Of a stretch of 32,000 nucleotides of DNA, positions 10,004 to 18,874 are shown one piece after another; within the stretch, counting starts at the first letter, position 1; each line of letters begins with the position of its first letter. The notes under the pieces are model-generated. The model was not told the DNA's origin. It saw nothing but the letters and a program-made list of their open reading frames with translations, and ran no database searches. Both the position numbers and the translations under genes were made by a program. Origin of the DNA: Methanothermobacter thermautotrophicus str. Delta H (lineage in GTDB: Archaea > Methanobacteriota > Methanobacteria > Methanobacteriales > Methanothermobacteraceae); assembly GCF_000008645.1 (NCBI RefSeq), contig NC_000916.1:1560001-1592000 (forward strand), in the 5' to 3' direction.

Positions 10004-11380
10004 TTGCAGGTCACTGCCATGGATGTATACCGTTTACTTCCAAAAACAAACTGTGGTAAATGCAATGAGGCCTCATGCATGGCATTTGCCACAAAACTCA
10101 TAGAAAAGGAGGTCACCCTTGATGACTGCCCACAGCTCAGTGGAGATGAAAGACAGAAACTGGAGAACCTTCTGGCCCCTGCTGTGAAGGAAATAACCTT
10201 CGGGCCGGAGGAGAATCAGGTGGTTGTGGGTGGTGATGAGGTCCTCTACAGGTATGAACTCACATACTACAATCCAACAGCCCTTGTGGTTGATCTTCCA
10301 GATGATCTTCCATCAGAGGAGCTCCTGAACAGAGCCCAAAGGATCATGGAGCTGGAGTTTGAGCGTACCGGCGAAAAACTCACTCTCGATGCAATAGCCC
10401 TGAGGAACAGATCAGGGAGCCCTGAAAAATTTGCCGAGGCAGCAGAAGCCATAAGCAAACTCAACTTCCCTGTGGTCCTGTGCACCTTCGATGTAGAGGC
10501 CATGAAGGCGGCCCTTGAGGTCCTGGGTGATCAGAAACCGCTCCTCTACGCCGCCAGGGAGGACAACCTTGGTGAAATGGCGGAACTCTCAGTTTCATAC
10601 GGCTGCCCCCTCGTGCTTTTCTCACCCGGCGACCTTGAGGAGATGAAGAACCTCTCAAGGAGACTCAGGTCCCTGGGAGTCACTGAAATTGTGCTTGACC
10701 CCGGCACATTCACGGGTGAGGGGATAGGTGACACCATAGACAACTTCGTCATGATAAGGCGCCTTGCAGTTGAGGACGGGGATGATGACTTCCGCTTCCC
10801 AATCATGGGCATACCTGCACTCTCAAGGCTCACGGTATCCGATAAAATCGAGGCAAACATAAGGGAGGCCACAGTGGCAGCCACCCTCATGAACAGGTAC
10901 GCTGACATCCTCATACTCGCCGGAACCGAGATATGGGAGATCATGCCGGTCCTAACACTCAGACAGGGACTCTACACCGACCCGAGGAAGCCCCAGGCCG
11001 TTGATCCAGGTGTCTATGAATTCGGTGATGTTGATGAGAACTCCCCGGTTATACTCACAACCAACTTCTCACTCACCTACTACACGGTTGAGGGGGATCT
11101 CAAGTCAGGTGATGTTACAGCATACCTCCTCGTCCTTGATACAGAGGGCAGGGCCGTGGACGTTTCACTGGCAGGTGGACAGCTCAATGGTCCGGCAGTG
11201 GCTGACCTCATAAAGGAGACAGGTATAGAGGAGCGGGTCAGGGACAAGGTCATGATAATCCCTGGACTTGCAGCTCCTGCAAGCGGTGAGATAGAGGATG
11301 ATACTGGCTGGAGAGTCCTTGTTGGACCAAGGGACTCCTCTGGAATACCAGACTACCTTGATAAACTTGCATCAGAGTGA
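10004..11380 (+). CDS. cdhE: ACDS complex gamma subunit CdhE (corrinoid Fe-S protein large subunit)
   Basis: The N-terminal 4Fe-4S motif reads LPKTNCGKCNEASCMAFA...DDCPQ. The start is TTG at 10004, 7 nt after AGGAGG (9991-9996). Confidence 0.9.
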   Translation: MQVTAMDVYRLLPKTNCGKCNEASCMAFATKLIEKEVTLDDCPQLSGDERQKLENLLAPAVKEITFGPEENQVVVGGDEVLYRYELTYYNPTALVVDLPDDLPSEELLNRAQRIMELEFERTGEKLTLDAIALRNRSGSPEKFAEAAEAISKLNFPVVLCTFDVEAMKAALEVLGDQKPLLYAAREDNLGEMAELSVSYGCPLVLFSPGDLEEMKNLSRRLRSLGVTEIVLDPGTFTGEGIGDTIDNFVMIRRLAVEDGDDDFRFPIMGIPALSRLTVSDKIEANIREATVAATLMNRYADILILAGTEIWEIMPVLTLRQGLYTDPRKPQAVDPGVYEFGDVDENSPVILTTNFSLTYYTVEGDLKSGDVTAYLLVLDTEGRAVDVSLAGGQLNGPAVADLIKETGIEERVRDKVMIIPGLAAPASGEIEDDTGWRVLVGPRDSSGIPDYLDKLASE

Positions 11381-11397
11381 GGGGTGGTTCAGTGAAG

Positions 11398-11859
11398 ATG
11401 CTGATGGTCATGGACCCTGCGAGGTGCAGTGGCTGCGATGACTGTATAAATGCGTGCAGGGAAACCCATGGAGTCGCCAGGGCAAGGAAGGGAGATAGGA
11501 TGCCCCTATTCTGTCTGCAGTGCCATCCAGAGAAGGCTCCCTGCGCAAGGATATGTCCGGTGGGTGCCATAAGGGAGGTTGACGGGGCCCTTGTTGTTGA
11601 TGAGGAGTCCTGCATACTCTGCAAGCTATGCATGGTGGCCTGCCCGGCTGGCATGATTGTGATGAACACTGAGAAGAAATCAGCAGAGAAATGCACACTC
11701 TGCATGGACGCAGAAGTCATACTGCCAGCCTGTGTGGAGGCATGCAAGGAGAACGTTCTTAAACTGGTCTCCCTGGATGACCTTGCTGAGCTGAGGGATC
11801 GCGCTGACTTCAGTGAGGTCCTTGAGGAGGCGGTGAAGATATACGGGAAAAAGATCTAG
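11398..11859 (+). CDS. CooF/HycB-like polyferredoxin (four Cys-cluster motifs) ending the cdh operon
   Basis: Four Cys motifs are present: CSGCDDCINAC, CLQCHPEKAPCARICP, CILCKLCMVACP and CTLCMDAEVILPACVEAC. The start is ambiguous between GTG 11377 (overlapping the cdhE stop), GTG 11392 and ATG 11398. Confidence 0.85.
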   Translation: MLMVMDPARCSGCDDCINACRETHGVARARKGDRMPLFCLQCHPEKAPCARICPVGAIREVDGALVVDEESCILCKLCMVACPAGMIVMNTEKKSAEKCTLCMDAEVILPACVEACKENVLKLVSLDDLAELRDRADFSEVLEEAVKIYGKKI

Positions 11860-13205
11860 CCATCCCCTCTCTCCCCGTAGCCTTGGATTTCAACGTGAAG
11901 GGTGTTTATGAACACCCTTATATATTTATATGATTCCTTCAGGTCCTCAATGGGGCCCCTGAAGTAGATGTAGTATATGTATCCTCCCTTTTTGAAGATG
12001 AAGGTCACTACCCTTTCATTTTTTGTATCTGCAGTTATCATGTATCCATGTTCACTGTCAACTGTTATATTGCTCCTTGCTATGTTAAGGAGACCCCTCA
12101 TATTCAGAACTTCAAGGATGATCTCTGAAAATTCATCGGCAGTTAAACCCTCAGCCCTCCGCCTTTTTATGGCTATTTTGAGATTGTCACTCCAGGCATC
12201 AATGAGCCTCTCACCGTCGCGGGTCTCAAAGATGTTCCAGAACCTGGGGTACCTGAAGCTGATTTCACCGTCATGGAATTCCTCTAGATCAGGTTCAACG
12301 TCGATGATGTCAATGGCTTCACGTGCCTTCCTCCTCACAAAGAGGTAGGGATCCCTGAGGGCCATGTGGAGATCCTCAAGGGCTGCAGGGTCACCTATGC
12401 GTCCGAGGGCCTCGGCAACCTTGCCACGGACATAACGATTTTCATCCCTTCTGCGACCCGCGAGCATCCCTTTAAGCCTGGGCACGGCCCTTCGGGATCC
12501 TATCTCACCCAGGGCCTCAACAACCATGGCACGTGTCTGCCATTGCGGGTCTGAAAGTTTCTCAAGGAGGGGGTCCACAGCATATTCACCCATATTAACG
12601 ACGGCCAGCAGTATATGGCGTCTGACCTCTGTATCGGGGTCATTGAGGTTATCCAGAAGGACTTCAAGGCACCTTTTATCCCCGAATCTTCTTATGACTT
12701 TCGCAGCGGTTTTACGGACCATCCATGAACTGTCGCCCAGGGCCCGGGATGCATATCTGAGGCCCAGTTCAGGGTCCAGTCCTGCAATGGACTCAATGGA
12801 GTTCCTCCTTATATCCTCTGATGGGTGGTCCACAAATTTTTCAATGGCCCTCAGGGACTCCTCTGATGGGAACTCTGAGAGTGACCTCATGGCACCTATT
12901 TTAACTTCATCATCAGGATCCTCAAGGGCCCTGAGGAGGGGTTTAACCGCCGAGGGGTTTCCTATTTTTCCGAGAGCTCTTGCTGCGGCCGCCCTCACAC
13001 CTGCAAGTATGGGGTAGTCCTTCTGCCATTCCTCATATCTGAGGGCGTCCATGAGGGCATCAGCAGATCTCTCATCTGCCATCCTCTCAAGGGCAACTGC
13101 GGCCTCCCTTCTAACGGTAAAATCATGGCTTTTGAGGGCATCTATGAGGCCGGAAACATCATTGGACATCAGAAGAGCATTGATCTTATCGGTGAATGCA
13201 ATCAC
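11856..13205 (-). CDS. HEAT/PBS-lyase-like repeat protein with an uncharacterised C-terminal domain
   Basis: About nine repeats of the type DxxVRxxAxxALGxIG (for example DTEVRRHILLAVVNMG, QWQTRAMVVEALGEIG, NRYVRGKVAEALGRIG). A roughly 140-aa Tyr/Ile-rich C-terminal region follows. The start is GTG at 13205, after a GGGGGG tract. Confidence 0.8.
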   Translation of the reverse strand: MIAFTDKINALLMSNDVSGLIDALKSHDFTVRREAAVALERMADERSADALMDALRYEEWQKDYPILAGVRAAAARALGKIGNPSAVKPLLRALEDPDDEVKIGAMRSLSEFPSEESLRAIEKFVDHPSEDIRRNSIESIAGLDPELGLRYASRALGDSSWMVRKTAAKVIRRFGDKRCLEVLLDNLNDPDTEVRRHILLAVVNMGEYAVDPLLEKLSDPQWQTRAMVVEALGEIGSRRAVPRLKGMLAGRRRDENRYVRGKVAEALGRIGDPAALEDLHMALRDPYLFVRRKAREAIDIIDVEPDLEEFHDGEISFRYPRFWNIFETRDGERLIDAWSDNLKIAIKRRRAEGLTADEFSEIILEVLNMRGLLNIARSNITVDSEHGYMITADTKNERVVTFIFKKGGYIYYIYFRGPIEDLKESYKYIRVFINTLHVEIQGYGERGDG

Positions 13206-13264
13206 AATCCCCCCTAAATCTCTAATTTATAATTTAATCTGGAAAAAATAAGTTTTGTGGTTTT

Positions 13265-13954
13265 TCAGGGATCAGCGATTTCAGAGGCAAGCTTCATGGC
13301 TTTATCTTCTCCGTATATAATCTTCATATTCCAGAGGAATGTGAGGAATGATTTAAGGGGGGTGGGGTCCTTTCCAATCCCTCTTTTCTCGATGTAGCCA
13401 ACTGTTTTCTCCAGGGATGTTTTATCCCCCGCCACACTGTAAATCAGTGCGGCATCAGAATAATGTGCCAGACAGTATACATTTTCGTCTCCATCCCCCT
13501 GAAATGATCCATCAGGGCGCTGATGAGCATTTAACCATTCAGAACCCCTTTTTATTGAATCGAGAACTCTGGTGTCATTTGTGGAGAGGTAGTAAAGTGC
13601 AAGTCCCTTTAGTATGCCAATATTCTCGTAGGCTCTGGAACTCCATGAGCCATCAGCCCCCTGTTCTTCGATGACGGAATATAAGATTCCAGTTTTGTTG
13701 GAGGGATACATGCCAGCCACCTGGGACTTCGTTTTGATCTTAAGATATTCACTTCCAAAAGGGACTTGAGATTTTCTGAGGGACTCTATATTTATTTCAT
13801 CCCCATTTATCTGGGAATCCACAAAACTCAAACCCCTATCAACAATTTCCTGGCTTTCAGATGACCTTATCGCCATGAGCGGATAGACGGTCTGCATGGT
13901 GGTTAGGGTGTACTCTGCAGGCGGCATACCCCCAGGGAATGAACCATTATCCAT
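13265..13954 (-). CDS. Alpha/alpha-toroid (prenyltransferase/terpene-cyclase-repeat-like) protein; probably the 3' portion of a frameshifted larger gene
   Basis: Recurrent QxxDGSF/W-type motifs are present (KQMDNGSF, GADGSWSS, QRPDGSFQG). The same frame stays open and protein-like for 28 codons upstream of the ATG, to a stop at 14039-14041, with no ATG, GTG or TTG in that stretch. Confidence 0.6.
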   Translation of the reverse strand: MDNGSFPGGMPPAEYTLTTMQTVYPLMAIRSSESQEIVDRGLSFVDSQINGDEINIESLRKSQVPFGSEYLKIKTKSQVAGMYPSNKTGILYSVIEEQGADGSWSSRAYENIGILKGLALYYLSTNDTRVLDSIKRGSEWLNAHQRPDGSFQGDGDENVYCLAHYSDAALIYSVAGDKTSLEKTVGYIEKRGIGKDPTPLKSFLTFLWNMKIIYGEDKAMKLASEIADP

Positions 13955-13974
13955 CTGCTTGTACCTGAGCCATT

Positions 13975-15648
13975 TTATAAGGTACTCACCCCTTGATGTG
14001 AGGGCTCCGTTCCCTGTGAATACCCATTCCAGAATTTCTCAATGAACTCCACAACCTTCCCATCTTCGCCATTCACAGTTATGCTTGAGTAATTTGACTG
14101 GATTCCGGGATTCTTAATGTACCTGTAAACCGACACGTCTCCCGATACAAAACATGTCTTGAAGTGAGGATCCACAGGCAGCTGCAGGCCGATACCTTTC
14201 ATGTGCATTGATTTTGAGATGTATATGTAACTTATGTTGTTTCTTTCCAGAAGGTAACTGGTTTCTGATGGTATCGATGACTGGAAGATGGCCGATACCT
14301 CATCGCGGGTCATGGTATTCTCCTTAAGGGATGGGGCGCTTCCCATGAAACCTTCATACACTGTTTTCCAGAGCAGAACATCTCTCCGGTGGGTGTTACC
14401 AATGAGTGAGTAGGAATCCTCTATCGCTGATAGAAAAACAGCGTCCTGGGGTGTGTTATCATTTATCCATCTGAAGGCAGCGTTCTGCTGAGGGCTGGGT
14501 GTGGTTACTCCGGTATATGCAATGGCAGCCCCCTGGGCCAGAGGCATCAGCACTAGAAGTGCAAAAATACCAGTCCGTAGGAAGGGTTTGACGTCCCTTT
14601 TCATGATAGAGTAACTCTTAAAGCGTTTTGAGGCGTACAGCCTTCCCTTCACCTCACTGAAAGCATAACCTCCCATAAGAGAGAGGGGTATGGCTGCATA
14701 GGGATCCCTAAATCTGAAGGAGTAGGTCCCTATAATCATGAAGGCAGTGGCCCATATTATGAGGAACCTGTGGATTGGATTCTTTGATCTTAGGAGCAGG
14801 GAGGCCCCGTAAATCCCGAGTATTAGCTGCAACACACCCATCCACTTGGGAAAGCCAAGTATTGTTACTGGAACTGACTGAAACCTTGCAGCAAATGTTA
14901 TAAACTCAATGATGCCCGCACCGATTAAGAGGAATATCAGGCCAAATTCTAGGGGTCTTTTCCTGAATGATGGTGTGAGGAACGTAACAGCGAGAAGTAG
15001 CAGGGCGATTAAAAGGAAAACCCACCCCCTGTGGGTGAAGAGATAGATGACGAAAAGAGCCAGACCTCCGAGTATGTAACGCAGATCACCCCTGAAGAGA
15101 TTGCTAAATGCTTTGAGCTCAAATTTATCTATGTCAGGGTAACCGGGTGTTGTTTTAAGGTACTTCACAAGCATGTAAAGGATTCCTGAGGTGAGCAACA
15201 GACCCATGGATTCCGGTATAAAGACTGATGTCCTTGCAACAAAGGAGGGTACCATTGAAAAGAGGAATGCGGAAAGTAGGGCTACCTCTTCCCTTTCAAA
15301 TGTTTCACGGGCAACTTTGTAGATAACAAGAACGGTTGCTGTTCCAAGGAGGGGGCTTATGAAGAAGAAGACCAGTTCTGAGCGGAATAAAAGGTAAAGA
15401 CCATAGCCCATCACATGGAAGAGGGGAGGGTATGCATATGCCTTTAAACCCATAAGGGATGGTATGTCATGCCCTATAATCCCAAGCCCTTCCCTGGCGA
15501 TTCTCATGACAATATCATGGTGGATGTATGCGTCGTTCCCTGCAAGTGTAAAGTTCCGGCTCGGTATTAATCTTACGATAAACGTCATGATGGCTATCAC
15601 TGTTAGATAGGCTCTTCTCCTATGGATTTTAGCTATCAAAGAAACCAA
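13975..15648 (-). CDS. Polytopic GT-C-fold-like membrane protein (ArnT/PMT-type glycosyltransferase-like) with a C-terminal soluble domain
   Basis: 557 aa with about 10 or more hydrophobic helices in the first ~390 aa. An acidic first-loop segment reads GNDAYIHHD. The soluble tail ends ...GDVSVYRYIKNPG. The family call is by architecture only. Confidence 0.6.
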   Translation of the reverse strand: MVSLIAKIHRRRAYLTVIAIMTFIVRLIPSRNFTLAGNDAYIHHDIVMRIAREGLGIIGHDIPSLMGLKAYAYPPLFHVMGYGLYLLFRSELVFFFISPLLGTATVLVIYKVARETFEREEVALLSAFLFSMVPSFVARTSVFIPESMGLLLTSGILYMLVKYLKTTPGYPDIDKFELKAFSNLFRGDLRYILGGLALFVIYLFTHRGWVFLLIALLLLAVTFLTPSFRKRPLEFGLIFLLIGAGIIEFITFAARFQSVPVTILGFPKWMGVLQLILGIYGASLLLRSKNPIHRFLIIWATAFMIIGTYSFRFRDPYAAIPLSLMGGYAFSEVKGRLYASKRFKSYSIMKRDVKPFLRTGIFALLVLMPLAQGAAIAYTGVTTPSPQQNAAFRWINDNTPQDAVFLSAIEDSYSLIGNTHRRDVLLWKTVYEGFMGSAPSLKENTMTRDEVSAIFQSSIPSETSYLLERNNISYIYISKSMHMKGIGLQLPVDPHFKTCFVSGDVSVYRYIKNPGIQSNYSSITVNGEDGKVVEFIEKFWNGYSQGTEPSHQGVSTL

Positions 15649-15693
15649 CTCACTTTAAATCATTCATTGTTAATCAGTTTCCTTCTTCATGAT

Positions 15694-16851
15694 CTAAAGA
15701 ATATCTCTGAGTATCCTTAACATTGAAGGATAGTCCTTTAAAATCCTCAGAAGGGATATCTTTGAAATTGAACTTAAATCTTTTCCCTCAAGGGATCTCA
15801 GCAGGGCATCGAGTTCCTCATCACCGAGCCCATCAAGGATTTTCCTGAATTTGAGTGACCTTTCAAGGTTCTTACCAATCTTTTTGCGCCATCTCATCTC
15901 ATACCTTGAGAGGAATCTGCCGTCAACCCTTCCAGATTCAATGGCCTCGGCGGCAACCTCACCGGCGATTTTTGCGCATTCAGCTGCAAGGTGTATCCCA
16001 CCACCGGTGAGGGGGTCAACCTGTCCGGCGGCATCCCCCACAACCAGGAGACCATCTGTGAAGGTCCTCTCAATGGGTCCGCAAACAGGTACAGCTCCTG
16101 CATTGAATTCTATCCTCTTAAATCCTCTCTCCTCCATGAACCTGTTGAGATAGCTGAGGGGACCCCTCTCTGAGCAGCTTTTTCTTCGTATTCCAAGGCC
16201 CACATTTGCCCTTCCTTCACCCTTGGGGAACACCCAGAGATAACCTGATGGTGCAAAACGGCTCCCGAAGTAGAATTCCATGGTTTCAGGGTCCACGTCC
16301 ACACCTGCAACCTCGTACTGGACACAGGAGCAGAGGTCAGCTGGCCTGAAACCTGTTTCAAGACCTGCCTTCCTGGCGATGCTGGACTGCACACCGTCTG
16401 CGGCAATCACCATTCCACATTCAACCTCCTGGACTCCATCGGGCCCCCTGAACACCACACCACTGACTGATCCCTCCCTGAATATTAGGTCCCCTGCGAT
16501 GGACATTGTGAGTACATCGGCGCCGGCTTCAGCGGCCCTCAGTGCAAGGTACTTGTCTAAGGACTTTCTTTCGAGGATATATCCCCTCACAACAGGATTT
16601 TCTGTCACAATCCTGGCACCGAGGGGTCCGTTCACCGCGGCTGCCCGGATCCTTGTGCATGTGAACTCAGGAAGCGGTTTTAAACCTGTTGATTTGAAGA
16701 AACTGTCACTCACTCCGCCTGCACACTGCACAGGGGTCCCGATTTCAGGGTTACGCTCCAGTAACAGAACACTGAGGCCCAGCCTTGCAGCGTGATAGGC
16801 CGCTGTTGAACCGGCTACACGTCCACCAATAACCACCACATCATATTTCAT
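15694..16851 (-). CDS. Geranylgeranyl reductase family FAD-dependent oxidoreductase
   Basis: The N-terminal dinucleotide fold reads DVVVIGGRVAGSTAA. Also present are PVQCAGG, the YLWVFPKG motif, and GDAAGQVDPLTGGGI. Confidence 0.88.
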   Translation of the reverse strand: MKYDVVVIGGRVAGSTAAYHAARLGLSVLLLERNPEIGTPVQCAGGVSDSFFKSTGLKPLPEFTCTRIRAAAVNGPLGARIVTENPVVRGYILERKSLDKYLALRAAEAGADVLTMSIAGDLIFREGSVSGVVFRGPDGVQEVECGMVIAADGVQSSIARKAGLETGFRPADLCSCVQYEVAGVDVDPETMEFYFGSRFAPSGYLWVFPKGEGRANVGLGIRRKSCSERGPLSYLNRFMEERGFKRIEFNAGAVPVCGPIERTFTDGLLVVGDAAGQVDPLTGGGIHLAAECAKIAGEVAAEAIESGRVDGRFLSRYEMRWRKKIGKNLERSLKFRKILDGLGDEELDALLRSLEGKDLSSISKISLLRILKDYPSMLRILRDIL

Positions 16852-17065
16852 GATAGCACCTTATTGCATCCACTGGACAGACCGCAGCACAGTCACCACA
16901 TTCACTGCAGCCTTCACCCACCATCAGTTCATATTCGAGTTCAAGGACGTCAAATGGACAGACACTAACACAGGCACCGCACCGCATACAGATTGATTTA
17001 TCATGCTTCAATTGACCACCACTATGGATATGGTCATCAGATTGAATTAAGTTTACCAGCCACAC
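16841..17065 (-). CDS. Small 2x[4Fe-4S] ferredoxin translationally coupled to the GGR-family gene
   Basis: Motifs CMRCGACVSVCP and CSECGDCAAVCP are present. The gene overlaps the GGR start by 11 nt. The start is GTG at 17065, which must lie upstream of Cys26. Confidence 0.8.
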   Translation of the reverse strand: MWLVNLIQSDDHIHSGGQLKHDKSICMRCGACVSVCPFDVLELEYELMVGEGCSECGDCAAVCPVDAIRCYHEI

Positions 17066-17072
17066 GCGACCG

Positions 17073-17085
17073 TTAAATTAATATA
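17073..17085 (+). promoter_or_regulatory. Candidate TATA box for the tRNA pair
   Basis: The sequence ttaaattaatata ends 29 nt before the mature 5' end of tRNA-Leu. Confidence 0.4.
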
Positions 17086-17112
17086 CCACTTTCTACTACT
17101 AATCAATTACCA

Positions 17113-17198
<86 letters not shown>

Positions 17199-17231
17199 AA
17201 GAATTTTAACGGTTCTGATCATGTTATGATT

Positions 17232-17304
17232 GCCTTAGTGGCTCAGGTGGTAGAGCGATGCCTTGGTAAGGCATAGGTCGGGGGTTCGAATCCCCCCTAA
17301 GGCT
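17232..17304 (+). tRNA. tRNA-Thr (anticodon GGU), no encoded CCA
   Basis: The acceptor stem pairs GCCTTAG with CTAAGGC. The D arm is GCTC-AGGTGGTA-GAGC. The anticodon stem-loop is ATGCC-TTGGTAA-GGCAT. The T arm is GGGGG-TTCGAAT-CCCCC. Confidence 0.93.
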
Positions 17305-17329
17305 TTTCTACTGATTTTAAGGTGTTCTA

Positions 17330-18118
17330 ATGGAGAAAAAAATTGCCCAGATTTCAGATGTGCACTTCGGTGAGAAGAACTTCTCGGATCAGCTCAGGAA
17401 AAATCTTCTACACCAGCTTGAAAATGAGAACCCTGACCTCATAATAGTCTCAGGTGACCTCACAACAGAGGGATACTCACACGAGTATGAACTTGCAGCA
17501 GCATTTGTGGATGAACTTAGGACCATCACATCCACCTACACAATCCCCGGCAACCATGATGCAAGGAATGTGGGTCTTATCCACTTTGAGAAGTTAATAG
17601 GAAGGAGGAAGTTTGTCCACCACGACTCTGAATTCGCGGTTATAGGCCTTGACTCCTCTGAGCCAGATATAAACGACGGTCAGATAGGAATGGATCAACT
17701 TGACTGGCTCAGGAAGGAACTTGAACGTGTTCCTGATCACCTGTGCAAGATAGTCACATTTCACCACCACCTGCTACCCATACCCAACACAGGGCGTGAG
17801 AGGAACATCCTCCTGGACTCAGGTGACCTTCTTAAACTCCTGAAGGAATACGGTGTGGATTTTGTGCTCAACGGACACAAGCATGTGCCTAATGTGTGGA
17901 TGATTGAGGGAATGGTTACACTTAACTCTGGCACAGCCACAACAAGGAAACTGAGGGGTGAGACATTCCCTTCACACAACCAGCTAAGAATAAACGATGA
18001 CAGGATTTCAGTTGACCTCATAAACACTGAGAACGGCTCAGTGAGGGAAATAGCCAGTTACTCTGTCCGGGTTGAGGATGAGGAATACAAGATATGCTCC
18101 TATATGCACTCCATATGA
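17330..18118 (+). CDS. Calcineurin-like metallophosphoesterase
   Basis: The ordered motifs DVHFG, GDLT, GNHD, HHH and GHKH are all present. AAGGTG precedes the ATG. Confidence 0.85.
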   Translation: MEKKIAQISDVHFGEKNFSDQLRKNLLHQLENENPDLIIVSGDLTTEGYSHEYELAAAFVDELRTITSTYTIPGNHDARNVGLIHFEKLIGRRKFVHHDSEFAVIGLDSSEPDINDGQIGMDQLDWLRKELERVPDHLCKIVTFHHHLLPIPNTGRERNILLDSGDLLKLLKEYGVDFVLNGHKHVPNVWMIEGMVTLNSGTATTRKLRGETFPSHNQLRINDDRISVDLINTENGSVREIASYSVRVEDEEYKICSYMHSI

Positions 18119-18259
18119 ATACCCGGGGGCTTCATCATCAATAAATTCATTTTTGATGCAAAGCTTGATATACCAGCAGAACCTAACTGTTCTCTAATAG
18201 AGAAAATAAATATGCATAATATGATCTAAAATGCAGATGTCAGAAGAAATGGCTGAGGG

Positions 18260-18874
18260 GTGGTTGCATTGACCAAGGCCTTTGATATACTCATGGCGGG
18301 TGTGATCTCAGGGATAGTTGCATTCACAACCTCAAAGCTGGGAGTTGGTGGAACCGTCATGGGTGCCGTTCTGGGTTCAATGCTGTATCAGCTGCTTTCC
18401 CACTACTTCAGGGAGCCCCTCAAGAATGTTAAAACAGAGAGGGTTGAGAGCAGGGCGGTCTTTGCGATACCACTCATCATTATCGTCATAATCGAGTTCA
18501 TCTACCTTCTTGGAAATTTCCAGTGGAGGCCACAGCAGATATTCTACTTACTTGAGGAGGCCACATCCTGGAACCTCTTCAGGTCAATAGGCGTGGGTCT
18601 CATGGTGATGGGTATATACCCCCTGTTGCAGCCAGAGACCATAAAGAAATCCTATGGTTATGTGCTCCTCCTAATGGGCTTCATCGTCCTGCTAAGGGGC
18701 CTTGTGGATGTGAACTCGCCCCTGGTAACTGTTTACAGGGCTATTTTCTATGAATTCGACGTTCTGATAACCGTTACGGTTATTCTTAGCCTTATCTACA
18801 TGATCATCTCCATATTCAGGGAATCCGTTGTTATAGTAATTGAAGATGAGGTGTCTGAGGAGAATGAAAAATAA
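18260..18874 (+). CDS. Uncharacterised polytopic membrane protein
   Basis: About 5-6 hydrophobic helices and an acidic C-terminal tail (EDEVSEENEK). The start is uncertain: GTG 18260, TTG 18269 (5-8 nt after GAGGGGTGG) or ATG 18293. Confidence 0.6.
   Translation: MVALTKAFDILMAGVISGIVAFTTSKLGVGGTVMGAVLGSMLYQLLSHYFREPLKNVKTERVESRAVFAIPLIIIVIIEFIYLLGNFQWRPQQIFYLLEEATSWNLFRSIGVGLMVMGIYPLLQPETIKKSYGYVLLLMGFIVLLRGLVDVNSPLVTVYRAIFYEFDVLITVTVILSLIYMIISIFRESVVIVIEDEVSEENEK

Noticed and set aside
18231-18272. A 13-codon upstream mini-ORF (MQMSEEMAEGWLH) overlapping the start of the membrane protein gene.
   Set aside because: It is too short, has no RBS, and cannot be distinguished from chance without conservation or ribosome-profiling data.
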